DNA of 64,000 nucleotides from Felis catus (taxonomy: Eukaryota). Shown here in pieces: positions 11,926 to 24,892 of this stretch. Below the pieces are notes generated by a model. It searched no databases and was not told the origin of the DNA. It saw only the letters and a list, made by a program, of their open reading frames with translations. The translations under genes were made by a program, and so were the position numbers. Location: NCBI RefSeq assembly GCF_018350175.1, contig NC_058368.1, forward strand, positions 35,528,001 to 35,592,000, read 5' to 3'. Every line of letters starts with the position of its first letter. Positions within the stretch are counted from its first letter, which is position 1.

Positions 11926-11937
11926 TATCATTATGAA

Positions 11938-12158
11938 AAATCTGAATCTTGACCTCTGTCTCACACCATAAACACAAATTTATTTGATAGCAATCATACC
12001 TAAATTTAAAAGTGAAAACAATAAATCTCTTAGAAGAACATATAAAAGAAAATCTTTGTAAACTTGATTGGCAGAGATTTCTTAAACAGCACACAAAAAG
12101 CACTAACGATAAAAAGAAAATTGATAAATTGGACTTCATCAAAATTAAAAATCTCTGC
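11938..12158 (+). mobile_element. Old L1 ORF2 3' fragment
   Basis: Translates with disruptions to NLDLCLTP..LNLKVKTINLLEEHIKENL..RDFLNSTQKALTI..IDKLDFIKIKNLC. Confidence 0.85.
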
Positions 12159-12399
12159 CAGGGCTGGGATTAGGGCGAGGCAAGCAAAGCCAAGGCATGC
12201 AAGTTCAGAGTCAGATTCTGTCTTTATTTAAAAGTTTGATATTTTGTCCACTGTAATTTTTAATATTAATGCAGATGTTTAAAATAATGGATTAAAGTAT
12301 TATTTATCTCATTTATCTTGATTACTCAGTTTTGGGGCATTGCTCTAAATTTTGTGCTGAAGGCAAATGCTTAACTTTCCTCAACCTGTCCTGGCCCTG
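12159..12399 (-). mobile_element. MER96B-like hAT MITE
   Basis: Terminal inverted repeats CAGGGCTGGGA...TCCTGGCCCTG; internal TTTATCTTGATTACTCAGTTTTGGGGC. Confidence 0.7.
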
Positions 12400-12409
12400 A
12401 TCCTTCCTA

Positions 12410-12680
12410 AATTCTGAGCTGTGTATCCTGAAGTCAGTGGGACCTACACGCCCTGTTTTTGTTCTCCCTCCCTGCTCTTAGCCTGAAAACTCTTTCCAGC
12501 CAGTAAACTGGGACAATTATAGAAAACACCTCATTTGTTTTCCTTCTCTCAGGAGTCACTCTCATGTTCTGGGTGTGGTCGAATGCTTGACTCTCATTGT
12601 TTCATATATCTTATCCAGTAATCTAGTTGTTTAAGGAGGGAGGGCAATTAAGGTCCCTATAATCCATTATTGCTGGAAGC
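12410..12680 (-). mobile_element. Old L1ME-type 5' end fragment
   Basis: CAGTAAACTGGGACAATTATAG...CACCTCATTTGTTTTCCTTCTCTCAGG...TTGTTTCATATAT resembles reversed L1ME 5' end. Confidence 0.55.
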
Positions 12681-13291
12681 ACCAGTACTTGCAAGAGTTT
12701 TGCAGTGTATTTTTGTCTATAGCATTTGTACCTTTAAAGTTCAGTGACCGTGGCAAGCTCCTCACTCTACCCCAATTTTTACTGGTTTGGAAGAAGTTCA
12801 TCAAAATTTTTCTAAAATTATTATAATTTTAAATCTATGTTAACTTTTGACAATGGTCTGGTGTCCATTTATTTTAGCACACTGATGTATTTTTAAAGTC
12901 TAAAAATATTTGGTCATTACTTGTAAGAATGCTATGGGAAGTACACTGAAGTCATATACAAAGTGCAAGTGTGTGTCACATGACTGTAACGATTCATGAC
13001 GAAAGATACTGGGAATTGATGGGTTCCTTGAATGACAAAATATTGTTTCCATCTCCTTGGTTTGTAGAGGTATATTCTGTTTGCATGAGGGATGCTAGAC
13101 ATATGGAGAACTTTTAAGAGATTTAGTTTACTTTTCTCTGTTGCTACATGAACTTTAAAAGACGTTTTATGTTTACTTCCCAGTTCATGTATAAGGTATA
13201 TGTTCTGGAAGCCTGGACTCGACTCAGAGATGGAAGGTCAGTTGCTCTCAGACTGTGCATCACTAGGGTAGAATCAGAAGATGGGGTGGGA

Positions 13292-13510
13292 GGGACGCTT
13301 GGGTGGCTCAGTTGCTTGAGTATTGTATCCCCCTTCAGCTCAGGTCATGGTCTCACAGTTTGTGAGTTTGAGCCCCACGTCGGGCTCTGTGCTGACAATT
13401 CAGAGCCTGGAGCCTGATTCAGATTCTGTGTCTCATTCTCTCTCTGCCCCTCCCCTACTTGTTCTCAGTCTTTCTATTTACAAAATAAATAAATGTTAAA
13501 AAAAAAAAAA
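13292..13510 (+). mobile_element. CAN-SINE
   Basis: Head GGGACGCTTGGGTGGCTCAG, A tail, 16-bp TSD AGAAGA(T/G)GGGGTGGGA. Confidence 0.95.
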
Positions 13511-14711
13511 TAGAAGAGGGGGTGGGAATGATGAAGAGGAAGAATGAAAATTCATGTTCATGGCTCTGGGGTAGAGACCAGAGAAACCAGCCACAGGTAG
13601 AGGGTCTAGAGTAAACAGCAGGAGGACAGAGGCGGTGGCTGTGTATGAGAGTGGACAGGATACCTCTGCATTAGTGGGCACTTACTTTGTCCAGAGGGAC
13701 GGATCATTTTCATTCTGTTGTGATCAGCCACATGCACTTCCTAGGAGAGCAAGGTAATTGTATAACAAAAAATAATGAGTATTCATAAACTATCTCCCTA
13801 GAGGCATAAGACATTATTTAGATTAGTTTAGATTAAAAAAAAATTATCTACTTCTTTCCCCTATGACCAAACATAGAACAAGTGTTAGCATCTTCTAGCA
13901 TTGCTGCAACATGTGTTTATGGCAACACGGGTGTGAAAGAAAGTGCCGTGAGGCAAGGTATAAGCAGCCCATTCATTCTTAAAATGATTCTATGTTCTCT
14001 TCTCCCTGATGAGGCTGCCAGTCATCTGCCGATTGTGATGTATTTTACGATATGGACAGAGGAAGCTAGACAAAGATCACCAATTAATTTCCTTCCCAAC
14101 AAATGACAAAATAGATCATGAAGCAGAATCGCTTAAGCCAGTGACCACTGGGTCTTTGCTTATACCACAAAGGCTAGTCTCCCCTCTCTGACAACTGCTT
14201 TAAACTTGGAACAAACTCAGCACTTCTGTCCCTGTCTATGCCAGCTGTCTATGCCAGATCTGTAAACAGAGGGTTTCATGGTGGAATGTGGACTTCAGAA
14301 AAGACTGCAGAGCTTCTGATACAAGCCTCCCAACTTACAGATGAGTTAACCGAGGCCCATAGAAGCTATATGACTTGCACAGAATCAGCATTAGTCAAAG
14401 ATATGTTACTCACACATTTATTCAGTTATTATAGTCAGTGACACCTTTCTTACTGGCCTTATCCTGACTACACAGTTTAAGGATAAGTCTGTTTTTACCC
14501 AAATGGTGAAACTCGCCTGCAAATACGTGTTTAGGTTTCTTTACAACCAAATTTGAATTAATAAACAAATTGAATAAGAAAAAAAATCAAGGAAAGAGCA
14601 GGTAATAATTATATTAACAAACACTTGAATATTTATAACATATAAGGCCCTGAACTAAGTTCTGAGGAGGCTACTGGGGAAAATGCAAAGATGTTTAAGA
14701 CAATCTCCAGA

Positions 14712-15152
14712 ATCGGCTATATATTGTTGCCCAAATAAAACAAAACAAAAGTGAAATTGAGCAGATTAAGGCAACAATTTATTGTATCTCGGGATCTTGT
14801 GGGCAGACTGGGCATTCCTTGGGCTGGACTCTGTGGCTGCAGTAAGCTGGGGCTGGGCTGATGCCAGATGCTCTGAAGGTTAGGAGCTTAAGTGGGGAAG
14901 TCTGCTGTGACAGAGATGGCCAGCCCTCTCTCCAGTCTGACTTTCACCCCAGGCTTCTTCACACGATGGCAGAAGTGTTGCAGGGAAACAAAACCTGCAA
15001 GTCCTCTTGAGACTCTCACAGCATCAATTCCATAATATTCTTTTGGACAACAAGTGTCAAAGACCAGCCCAGATGCAAGTGATAGAGAAAAAGCATCTTC
15101 ATCACCTCATGGGAAGAACTGTGAAGAGTTTGTGATTATTTTGAACCCATTG
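14712..15152 (-). mobile_element. MaLR LTR (MLT1H/G-like) inserted in an L2 relic
   Basis: CAACAATTTATT...GGCTTCTTCACACGATGGCAG...AAGACCAGCCCAGATGCAAG...CTCATGGGAAGAACTG; L2 3'-end sequence on both sides. Confidence 0.65.
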
Positions 15153-15330
15153 CTTGCCCATATCTCAGGAACTTAGAATCTACTTGCAGAAAGTCATCGT
15201 TAATACAAATAGCCACAGGACTATTTGTCCTGTCAACATAGCATTGTTGAATGTTAGTATGTTAGTACCTAAAAGAGTCAGTAACTTGCCTAAGATCATG
15301 CAGTTTGTGGATACTGAAGCAGAATTCAGA

Positions 15331-15542
15331 GGGGCACCTGGGTGGCTCAGTCGGTTAAGCATCCGACTTCGGCTCAGGTCATGATCTTGCAGTTTGTGAG
15401 TTCAAGCCCTGCGTTGGGCTCTCTGCTGTCAGCACGGAGCCTACTTAGGATCCTCTGTCTGCCTCTCTCTGCCCCTCCCCTGCCTGCACTTTCTCTCTGT
15501 CTCTCTCAAAAATAGATAAACATTGAAAAAAAAAAAAAAAAA
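15331..15542 (+). mobile_element. CAN-SINE inserted in a MIR
   Basis: GGGGCACCTGGGTGGCTCAGTCGGTTAAGCATCCGACTTCGGCTCAGGTCATGATC head and A tail; reversed MIR core on the flanks. Confidence 0.95.
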
Positions 15543-15627
15543 CCCAAACAGATTTCTGGCCCAGTAGTCAAATTCTAAATCCCAATCTCTTGAACATTAC
15601 CCTTTTTGAAATACACAGTAAGGATGT

Positions 15628-16208
15628 TGTACTGATTTTCTATTGCTGTCATAGCACATTGCCACAAACCCAGTGGCTTAAAACAGCACAAATTTATTCT
15701 TTCACAGTACTGTTGGTCAGAAGCTGGGGTTGGCTTGGCTGGTTCCTCTGCCCCAGGGTTCACAAAGCTGAAATCAAGGCTGGATTTTATTGAGAAGTTC
15801 TGGGAAGAATCTTCTTCCTAGTATATCGAGGGTGTTGGCAGAATCCACCTCCTTGAAGCTGAAGGGCTGAGCTCTCAGTCTGTTGTTGGCTGTCAACTCC
15901 GGACCACCCATAGCTCCTAACTTCTTGGGAGAGCATTCTCCAATTCTTGCATGTGGACCTCTTCATTTCCAAAGTCAGCAGCAGCATCTCAAGTCCTTCT
16001 CACACTTAGAATCTATGTTTCCCTTCTATTATATCTCTCTGACTGCAGCCATCCCTGCTTTTAAGGGGTCGTGTGATTAGATTGAGATCATCTATATAAC
16101 CTCCGTGTTTTAAGGTCTGCAACTTTAATTACACCCACCAAGTCCCTATTGCTCTGTAAGGTAGTGTGTCACAGATTCCAGAGATTTGAGGTTATTCTGC
16201 CTACCACA
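15628..16208 (-). mobile_element. MaLR solo LTR (MLT1E-like)
   Basis: TG...CA termini, GTGGCTTAAAACAGCACAAATTTATT, perfect 5-bp TSD GATGT (15623-15627 and 16209-16213). Confidence 0.9.
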
Positions 16209-16289
16209 GATGTTAAGTACCACTGGATCCAGAGGAAAATGAGATCATGAGGGCTGGGAGGTTAGGAAGTATTCAGAAATATAAAATAT

Positions 16290-16578
16290 GAGGTGGCTTT
16301 TAAGAGATGTATAAGAGGTGCTCTTTGTGTTGGGAAGAAAGAAATAAAAGCCCATAGGGGAGGCTATTCCAGTAAGTAACAAGAATTGCAGGAGTAAGGA
16401 CACGTGGCAAAGTATAAGGCATTTGTGGTAAGTGATAATGACTAGAATGATGGATTCGTGGAAGCAATTGGTGGAGAGATATGTTAGTGTACAGGTTTTA
16501 AGGTCAGCTCGTGGAGAACCATAAATGTCACACAGAGGAATTTGGGTTTTATGCTCCAGGCAACAGGAAGTCGCTGTG

Positions 16579-16611
<33 letters not shown>

Positions 16612-16860
16612 CTTTGTGTCGTTAGTAAAGGAGTGAAAAATAAACTCATCTTCTGGAAAAGTGAATCCGAGTGCAAAAGCAAAGATAGAAGTGAGGAGAG
16701 CAAGAAGGTGACCAGGTGAATTAGGGAGCTGTGATAATCTTCCAGCCAGGTGATTATAAGGGGGAAGAGAAAGGAAGGGAAATTGGCAAGAGATCCAAGA
16801 AAGACAGGGCTCCTGTGGGATCGACTAAATGTTGCATGTAAAGGAAGGAAGTGTGATTTT
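16290..16860 (-). mobile_element. L2 LINE relic
   Basis: Purine-rich reversed L2 motifs (GGCTATTCCAG, GAGGAATTTGGGTTTTAT, CAACAGGAAGTCGCTG). Confidence 0.6.
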
Positions 16861-19544
16861 AGAAGAAGGGGAGGGATGGATCTACTGGAAAGAGGAAGCC
16901 TAAACCAGCTTACACCTTAAATGTGATTCCAGCCTGGGGAGAAGATTTCTGCCCTAACAGGGAATGGTTTGGACCTGCATCCTGCCCAGCCTTCCTGTCC
17001 CACCATCTTCCTACTTAGGGTAAAAAAAGGGCTCCTCAGTCTCCCTGACTTCAAAAGCCACATCTCCAGGCACAGAAGAGCAGATACATTTTTTCTCTCC
17101 TGAAAATTTCCTTTTAATATTTGGAGTTATTTTCCAAACAGTGGTTTAATTAGTGTTTTTAATTTTTTCACTTAATGAAAAATTTACAGCTCCATGGTTG
17201 CTTCTGAGGATTCTGTGTGTCAGTTGATGGTGTTTTCTTTTTTTTTCTCTTCCTGTTTTTCTAATAAGATTTTTATAGGCTCAAAATTTCTGAACTTTAA
17301 TCTTTGGGGGCATCTGTGCATCTCAGAATTGAGGTATATAATAATAATAAAAAAAATCCCCAACTGTACATGAGGACGGATTAAGAGATCACTCTTGAAG
17401 GCACTTCTTAATAAACATTCTTTGGCAGGCCTGAGATTTACAGGGGGCCATCATCAAAGTTGCCATGTAAATGGGGACATATTGACAACTTTTCCCCTTA
17501 AAGGCAGAGCAAAAAGGATTTATATGCTCCAACCACAGCTCCCTTGGGAACCCAACAAGGGACTTATTTTGTTTCTCTTTTAATAGCTCCTCTTGGGTAC
17601 TTTATGGACCAGTTCTCTCATCTCAAGTGTCTGATCCCAAGACATAAATTAATTTTAGATGCACCTTTTATCCATCTTGTCTGCTAAGGCAATATTCACT
17701 ATTTGTTTTGGTTGCTATGGAGATAATTGACTTCCTGCCGTGGCAGAAGTCTTGTTTGTGGGTATTAAAGGGGTTTGGGTCCAGGGATTCTTTAATTTTC
17801 ACACAGTAAGGAAAGTCATTTCATCAATGGACCATTTGTATACATCCCCCACTTATAATTGGAATGATTTTTTTATCACCTTGTGAAATTTCCCTTTTTA
17901 TTTTCCATCACTTCCTTTTTTAAGGTTTAACCTCTACTCTCCAAGGTGCTGACTAAAACCACAGCAAAGGGCAAACAGTCCATTTATTACTGTTTCATAG
18001 GATGGCTGGACACAGGCTCCCAGCAGAATATTATCTGAAAAAACAGCTGAAGAATCTGAGAAAATGGTGGATTATAGAACCCTATTCAGGTGGAGGAAGA
18101 GGCTACATTTTATCAGGGCAAGAAATACTTTGAATACCAATTCATAAAATCAATCTCCCAGTGACCAACTCGGCCTGCTAAAGATTGGGTCCCTCTGGAT
18201 TTTATGCACCAGTTCTGATATTTACAAAGGCGATTGTTGGATTTTGCTATAAACTGTTAACAGGCAAACTGAAAACCCTTTCCAAGTATAATGAGAAAAA
18301 TTAAGAAGAAAATAAGAGTTTTAAAAGACTCTCTTTAAGGTATACAAATGATAAAATATAATATCTTATACACAATCCCTCTTAGCTTCCACATTTTGAC
18401 TACTACTACAGATTATAAAAATTTCTGTAACAAATTATACAAAGACCTTTAAAGGCATTTTAAAACATAACTACCAGAAACATATCACATTTGTTGCACT
18501 CAACAAATTTGATTTTTGAGAATCATATGAATTATAACATATCTACACATACATTTACAACACCAAAAAATCCCATAGCAATTATCCACAGGGCTAATAT
18601 TTTTGCTAAAATAATTTTTTGTTGTAGTTCAAAAAGCTATTACCAAAAGAAAAAAAATTAAATCAATGATCAGAATGAGAATCCTTAGGAGCAATAATAC
18701 TGAACAAAACTCTAAGAACCTACTTCAGTTCTTTTAAGTGCACAGCACAAAATCAATTTGCAATGACCCTGAGAATCAGCCTTCCTCACCACATGACAAC
18801 AAAAGAAATGGGGGATGAAAACAAATTAAAGTAGGTTCTTAAAAGTCTTTTTTGCCTTCCAAAGATTTCAGGGTATCTTTGAGCTATGAAACTTTTAAAG
18901 GCAGCTCTTTGAATGTTTATCAATATTGTTATATATTCTTACAGTAATGGCTTTTAGGCTGACCCTACAAGTTCAAGATTCACTTTCTGATTCTGCTTTC
19001 ATTCTCATTATTTGTTTCTTCTACAAATGTTTTCTGCTGGCATATTGTGAACATAGCACTGGACTAGGCAATAGGGGGGAAAAATAATTGATATAACCTA
19101 GACATGCGCAAAGCAAGTATAACACAAGGTGGGTAATTGTGTGTCTGTGTGTCCAGAAGAAAAATAAATGCCAGGGAAATGCAAAATGAAGAGGATGGTT
19201 ACATGCTTTTCATACATTAGCTCATTTAACACAGGCAATACCCAAAAGGGAAGGCCTGGTAGTACATCCGGTTCACTAATGAAAAGACTACACTTTAAAA
19301 AGGAGTTGTTCATGTAGAATAAAGAATGGATTTGACCCCAGAACTCCCTGATTCCTACCCAAGCACTAAACCACTAACCTGTGATACTTCCTTAGTTCAA
19401 CTGTTACAGTTGGCTTTGATGATCATATTTGAGCTGGGCCAGGAAGGATTTTAATATGTGTATGGAGGGGAAAGGCATTCCAGAGGAGCAAGGAGGCCAA
19501 TGCATGAGTCCTGGGAGGATGTAAATAATGGCTAAATCTTTCAT

Positions 19545-19770
19545 GGCATTCACTTGGTGCCCAGCACCATTCTAAGTGCTTTCTGCGTATTAACTTTCTC
19601 ATCCTCACAAAGGCATCTTCATTCCAATGAGAAGGTGTACTATCATCATTCCAACTGTATAAGGGAGGAAACTAAGGCTCAGAGAGATCAAATAACTTGC
19701 CCAAAGTCAAGCAACTTGTAAATGGCAAATAGGACTCAGGCAGTCTGGCTCCCAGCCGGTGCTCCTAAGT
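19545..19770 (-). mobile_element. MIR (MIRb-like)
   Basis: GAGGAAACTAAGGCTCAGAGAGATCAAATAACTTGCCCAAAGTCA core. Confidence 0.85.
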
Positions 19771-19934
19771 TCCCCTGAAGCCAGGGTTTGCCTGCCTCCC
19801 TAGACACTGCATATGAGATGCAGAGGGTGGGATGGTGCTGACACTGAAGGCTGGAAAAGTAGCTTGCAGCCAGGCTGAGAAAGGGCCCTCAATTGCCATC
19901 CCTAGACCTTGGGGAGCTACTTTTTTTTTCTTTT

Positions 19935-19937
<3 letters not shown>

Positions 19938-19970
<33 letters not shown>
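19938..19970. repeat. (CT)n microsatellite
   Basis: Perfect CT run. Confidence 0.9.
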
Positions 19971-19974
<4 letters not shown>

Positions 19975-20094
19975 GCAGGGATGATTCAGCTTTGTGCTTT
20001 AGAAAGATAACCCTGAGCCAAGAGGAGCATGGATTAGGGGTTGGGGGCTAAAAACTGGAGGTACTTTCAGTAAAAACATGTTTACAAGTAATCC

Positions 20095-20440
20095 TCTACA
20101 CACTTACATATCACACACAAAACTTACATGTATTCACTGCACATAAGCACCCATACACCTCATACCCCTCACACACGAATACATATACCACACACATCAC
20201 ACACACACACATACCCACACATACACACATCGCAGACCCATATACCACACATACACATTCGCACATATATCATACACATCATACTCGACACACACATGTA
20301 CTACATACACTCATATATATACACACAAACATGCCACAAACTAGCATCACATACACACGTTGGCATACACACATATATACCGCGTGTATATCACACACAC
20401 ATTCACAACACATGCACTGTTACACACTCACATAAATACA
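20095..20440. repeat. Degenerate (CA/TA)-rich cryptic simple repeat
   Basis: About 350 bp of interrupted CACA/CATA units. Confidence 0.85.
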
Positions 20441-23044
20441 TTCATCCCCTGGACTCAATCATAAGGTTAAATGAGCTCGAAAAGACAATGCTCACTAAGA
20501 TTTCTTTACATTCTTTATTTTCTGCCTCTCTGAACACAAAGTGGACATTGTCAGGAATCCTGAACCTGCAGCAAAGGAATGGTGCAGATCTCCTTTCCCT
20601 TCCGTTTCTAATGACCTGACATTAGAAACACGCCTCATTCTCCAGATTAATTTGGATCTTTTCTAAGCTCAATAAGAGTGCCAGGAGGGCTATCTCAAAA
20701 GGCCTAAAAAGGGGCCTTGGGCAGCATTGTCCTTGGCGACTGCAGATGATGTCCTGATCACTTATGTCTTAAATTAAGAAAAACCAATAAATTTTGGTTT
20801 CCCCGGCTTCATCTGGTTTCCTATTTAGAAATTGCCCGTGTTAAGCCTGGACAAGGCCAGTGGACAGTGACTCCAGCCTGCCAGGGTCTCCCACAGAGCT
20901 ATACGTGGGTTTAATTATACAATTGTATTTTTGTCTAATATTCTACATTTTTTGATATTATAAACATACTAGTATAATTGTCATTATTTATGTGAATAAT
21001 ATATCTGTATCTAAAGAAAATAAAAACATTTATTCTTTAGTCAGAATAACTGCCACCCAGATGGTAAATTACATTCATATTGAGGTTCATACTTGTAAAT
21101 ATTTTTTAAGCCTTTAGGATATTCTGGAAAGAAAAACAACGTTTCTGAGCCCACACAATTTGAGTTTCACTTAGGGACCATGAAAAATACTCTTTTAGAA
21201 CACACATAGGACATTTACAGGAAATGTGGTCCATGAGATACAGATCCTCTGTTTGGTCTGAATGGAAGATCACATTTTCATATTTTAAGGTCGAATTACA
21301 TCAGTTTCCTTCCAGAAAAAAAAAAAAAAAAAAAAAAAGCATCATACTAGAATGTTAATATCTTCAAAACCTCTGAGACTCAATATTGTCATCTCTCAGG
21401 ATAATTTACCGGGGTGAGACTGATGAGCTGTAGCAGCTGTAAATACCCAGCGTTGTGCTTAGGAAAGAGAAGATTTCCAGGATAGACCATTTGAGGGGAA
21501 AATTCAATCTAGAATCCTTTATTTTGAGAACTTATGTCTAGGGTGGAAGAAAAAGACTCCTACATATAAACATAGGGTTTTCGTCCTTTAGTATAAGTAT
21601 GGATAGTTCAGATAGCTGTGAAAATTTAGGACCTTGACCGACACATGATGATATAAAATCATTTCATTGAAGGAGACAACCAACCATTTCTTTTCGTTTC
21701 TTCCCTCTCCTTCTTCCTGTATCTGTTATTGTGCAATATTGCTGTGTCCATAGAACTATATGCAGAATATATTCAGGAAGCATTTACTGAGTCCCCACTC
21801 TCTTAGGTGCAGAATGAGACATAAAATTGGAGGAAACTTCGTATTTGCCCTCAGTGAGCCTGAAGTCTGACAGCAGGAGAGATATGACCCTTCTGGGAAT
21901 ACCTAAAAACAAAGCACAGTTACAAGGATGAGAAGGAAATGCAGAACTGGAGTTGAGAATAGCCAGGCAGCAGGCTAAAGGAGACATATGCATAATTCCA
22001 ACAATGGGAGATGAAAGTCCAATTTCAGGGATATAAAGTTTAAATCTGTTGAGGGACATTTTGGCTGCAGCGGCAGATGTTTGAGACCTTGTGCTCGCAG
22101 TGGGGAGAGTTAATGACTACAGGTGGTTATCATACCAAAATGACAAACAACAATAACAAAAAATCCATAAAAACCTGAGTAGCTTTTGTTAGATGTGTTG
22201 GCATATTTTCAAACACTACAAAAGGTTGCTCATAAATTATCTTTCAAGTTGATTTCCTTTTTCTCTGTATGCTAGCAAAATGCTTTAATGAACATCCTCC
22301 CACCTCAGTGGAATTGGGAGTTAGTGCAGTTTGAGAAAAACACGTGAGGTTGTTGCTCAAGGATGTACTAAGTGTTTCTAAGTGATACAGCAGTGGATGC
22401 ACGAATCCCCTGTGGATTTGGGACAATCTCAACAACTATCAAAGCAAGAGGTGTTGTGTGTGTGTGTTGGGGGGGGGGGGGGGTTGTTGTTGTGGTGGTG
22501 GTGGTCATTGGGGAGTTTTCCAAGTGGGATTTTTTGGAAGACTCTATCAAAGAGTTCTCAAGCCTCTTTCTGAACATTCACACACACACTTTCTTCTCCC
22601 CTTGGCACCTGCAGCTAAATTTCTTGCACAGAATCACACCCACATCTGTAATGTGGAAGACTCAAATTAGATTAGAGGCATGACCTTGCTGCCTGAACCT
22701 GGGAGGAAAGGCTCCATTGTGAATATTTCTGCTGAAATCTGAGCAGCCTAAGGCCTGTAGATTAGGTAAATATATTGTCAAATTTGCCAGCCTACAGGGA
22801 AAATAGCAATCTCTGTCATTTGTAGAACACCTATCACATTCCAGAACCCTACATATATTTTTTCTCTGAATAATAATCTTGTAGGGTTTAGCGATTGTTA
22901 TTCCTTTTCATAGGTTTCAAACGACTAGACAGTTTTCCCAAGTCCATATATACAAGTAGTAAGACTTTCTGATCCCAGACCATTGCACTTCTCTGTTCTG
23001 GGATTGGAAATATAACCTACAAGTGAATTATAGAATTTAGTTTA

Positions 23045-23205
23045 GGGACACCTTGGTGGCTCAGTTGGTTAAATGTCCAACTCTTTGAGCTCAGGTCATA
23101 TCTCGCAGTTTGTGAGTTTGGGCCCCTCATCAGGCTCTGTGCTGACAGTGCGGAGCCTGCTTGGGATTGTTTCTCTCCCTCTCTCTCTGCCCTTCCCCCA
23201 CTTGT

Positions 23206-23240
<35 letters not shown>

Positions 23241-23274
23241 ATAAATAAATAAACTTAAAAAAATAAAATAAAAA
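23045..23274 (+). mobile_element. CAN-SINE with expanded (CT)n
   Basis: GGGACACCTTGGTGGCTCAGTTGGTTAA head, long CT run, AATAAA-rich tail. Confidence 0.93.
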
Positions 23275-24145
23275 GGTTTAAATTTTAGCATAAGCAGCAT
23301 AAAAAATAAGGTGACCAGATAGGTATAACTATATTGAACCAACCCTGAGAAAAATTAAACAAAACCCTTGGCAGCCCAGAACATACTATTCTAGGTTAGA
23401 CAAGATTAAAGAAGGGGCTCAGCCAGGGATATCATAACCTTATCCAAATAAGGATAAGAATATCCTGCCCCCAGGGATGAGGATTATGGAGCATTGCTCA
23501 CTCTCCCAAGAGACCATTACATCACAGGCATGGAAAACGAACACTCATCCACTCACACATAGTGCCTACTGAAGTGTACTGAATGAAAATCTGAACCCAA
23601 GCAGAATCTAAATCCATGACTTTTCCCTATGAGCAGTTAATCTAAAAGCAGAGATTTCAGAGAAAAACATGAACATTCAAAATTGCTGTGCTGTCCTTTC
23701 TGAATTAAATGTTACTTATTCAAAAATTACTGAAATCTCATAGACTTGAAATGGGCTGACACCAAGGTATAGGAATGAATAGAAATGAACGATGAAAAGA
23801 TCTGTCTTACTCTCCTATTACTTGTAACTTCAAATGAACTATATCCTAGATTAGGCAGATTTCCCAGCATCACCAATGCAACACCATTTCTTTTCTTTTC
23901 TTTCTTTTTTCTTTTTTTGTACCTTGCAAAAACAATCTCATTGATTGAATCTGATGCTTTGCCAACAAAGTACATACACATCGAACAAAAAAAAAATCAT
24001 ACATGAAAATAAACTACACACTTTCATTCCTCCTTTTCATTTCCCCCTTGCAGTGGTCTTCATGGAATGGTTGTATTCAGAGTAACATAGGTGTTGACGT
24101 TTCCTTGTGATGGAGTGAGATGAGGAAGCAATGAATTGTTTTACT

Positions 24146-24400
24146 CATTCATTTCACAAATATCTGAGCATTAGCTTTGTACACTCTGGGGAAATTATGA
24201 AGCAAAATAGTCAACAATCACTGCCCTTGTGGATCTCACATTCTAGTGAGGGGAGAGATGACAAAAAAAGATAAATAAGTAACATATATTGTGTTAAACA
24301 GTAAATGCTGAGGTGAAAAAAATTAGAGATAAGAAATGTCTCATGGTGCCATTTTAAATGAAGTGATCATTTAATGTGGGACCACATGGGATCCATGCAA
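24146..24400 (-). mobile_element. L2 3' end (L2a-like)
   Basis: TCATTCATTTCACAAATATCTGAGCA...CTGCCCTTGTGGATCTCACATTCTAGTGAGGGGAGA. Confidence 0.75.
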
Positions 24401-24456
24401 AGACTTTAAATTTGTGGAAATACCCTAACCCTGATGGAGTAGACCTAGTCGGTTGG

Positions 24457-24892
24457 TGTGTTAGTTTCCTGGAACTGCTGTAACAAAGTACCAAAACTGA
24501 GGTGCCTTTAAAAACAGACATGTATTGGTTCACACCTCTGGAGGCTAAAAAAACTGAAATCAAGGTGTCTACAGGGTTGGATCCCTCTAAAGGCTATGAT
24601 AAAGAATCTGTTCTGTGCTTCTCATCTTGTTCTGGTAGCCTCTCAGCTTGTAGATAGCATTCTCCCTGTGTCTTCACATCATCTTCTCTCTGTGCATGTC
24701 TGTCTCTGTGTTCAAATTTCCCCTTTCTATAAGGACACCAGTCATGTTGGATTATTGGATTAGGGCCCACCCTAATGGCTTCATCTTAACTTGATCATTA
24801 TAAAGATCCTATTTCCAAATAAGGCCACATTTACAGGTACTGGGGTTTAGGACTTCAACATCTTTGGGAGGAGACATGATTCAAACCATAAC
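24457..24892 (-). mobile_element. MaLR LTR (MLT1B-like)
   Basis: TGTGTTAGTTTCCT...CTGCTGTAACAAAGTACC...TATAAGGACACCAGTCAT...GGATTAGGGCCCACCCTAATG...TATTTCCAAATAAGG. Confidence 0.88.

Noticed and set aside
16245..16703. 152-aa minus-strand ORF
   Set aside because: Lies in an L2 relic and a (GTTTT)n repeat
20128..20619. 163-aa His/Thr-rich ORF, the longest in the track
   Set aside because: Translation of a degenerate CA/TA simple repeat
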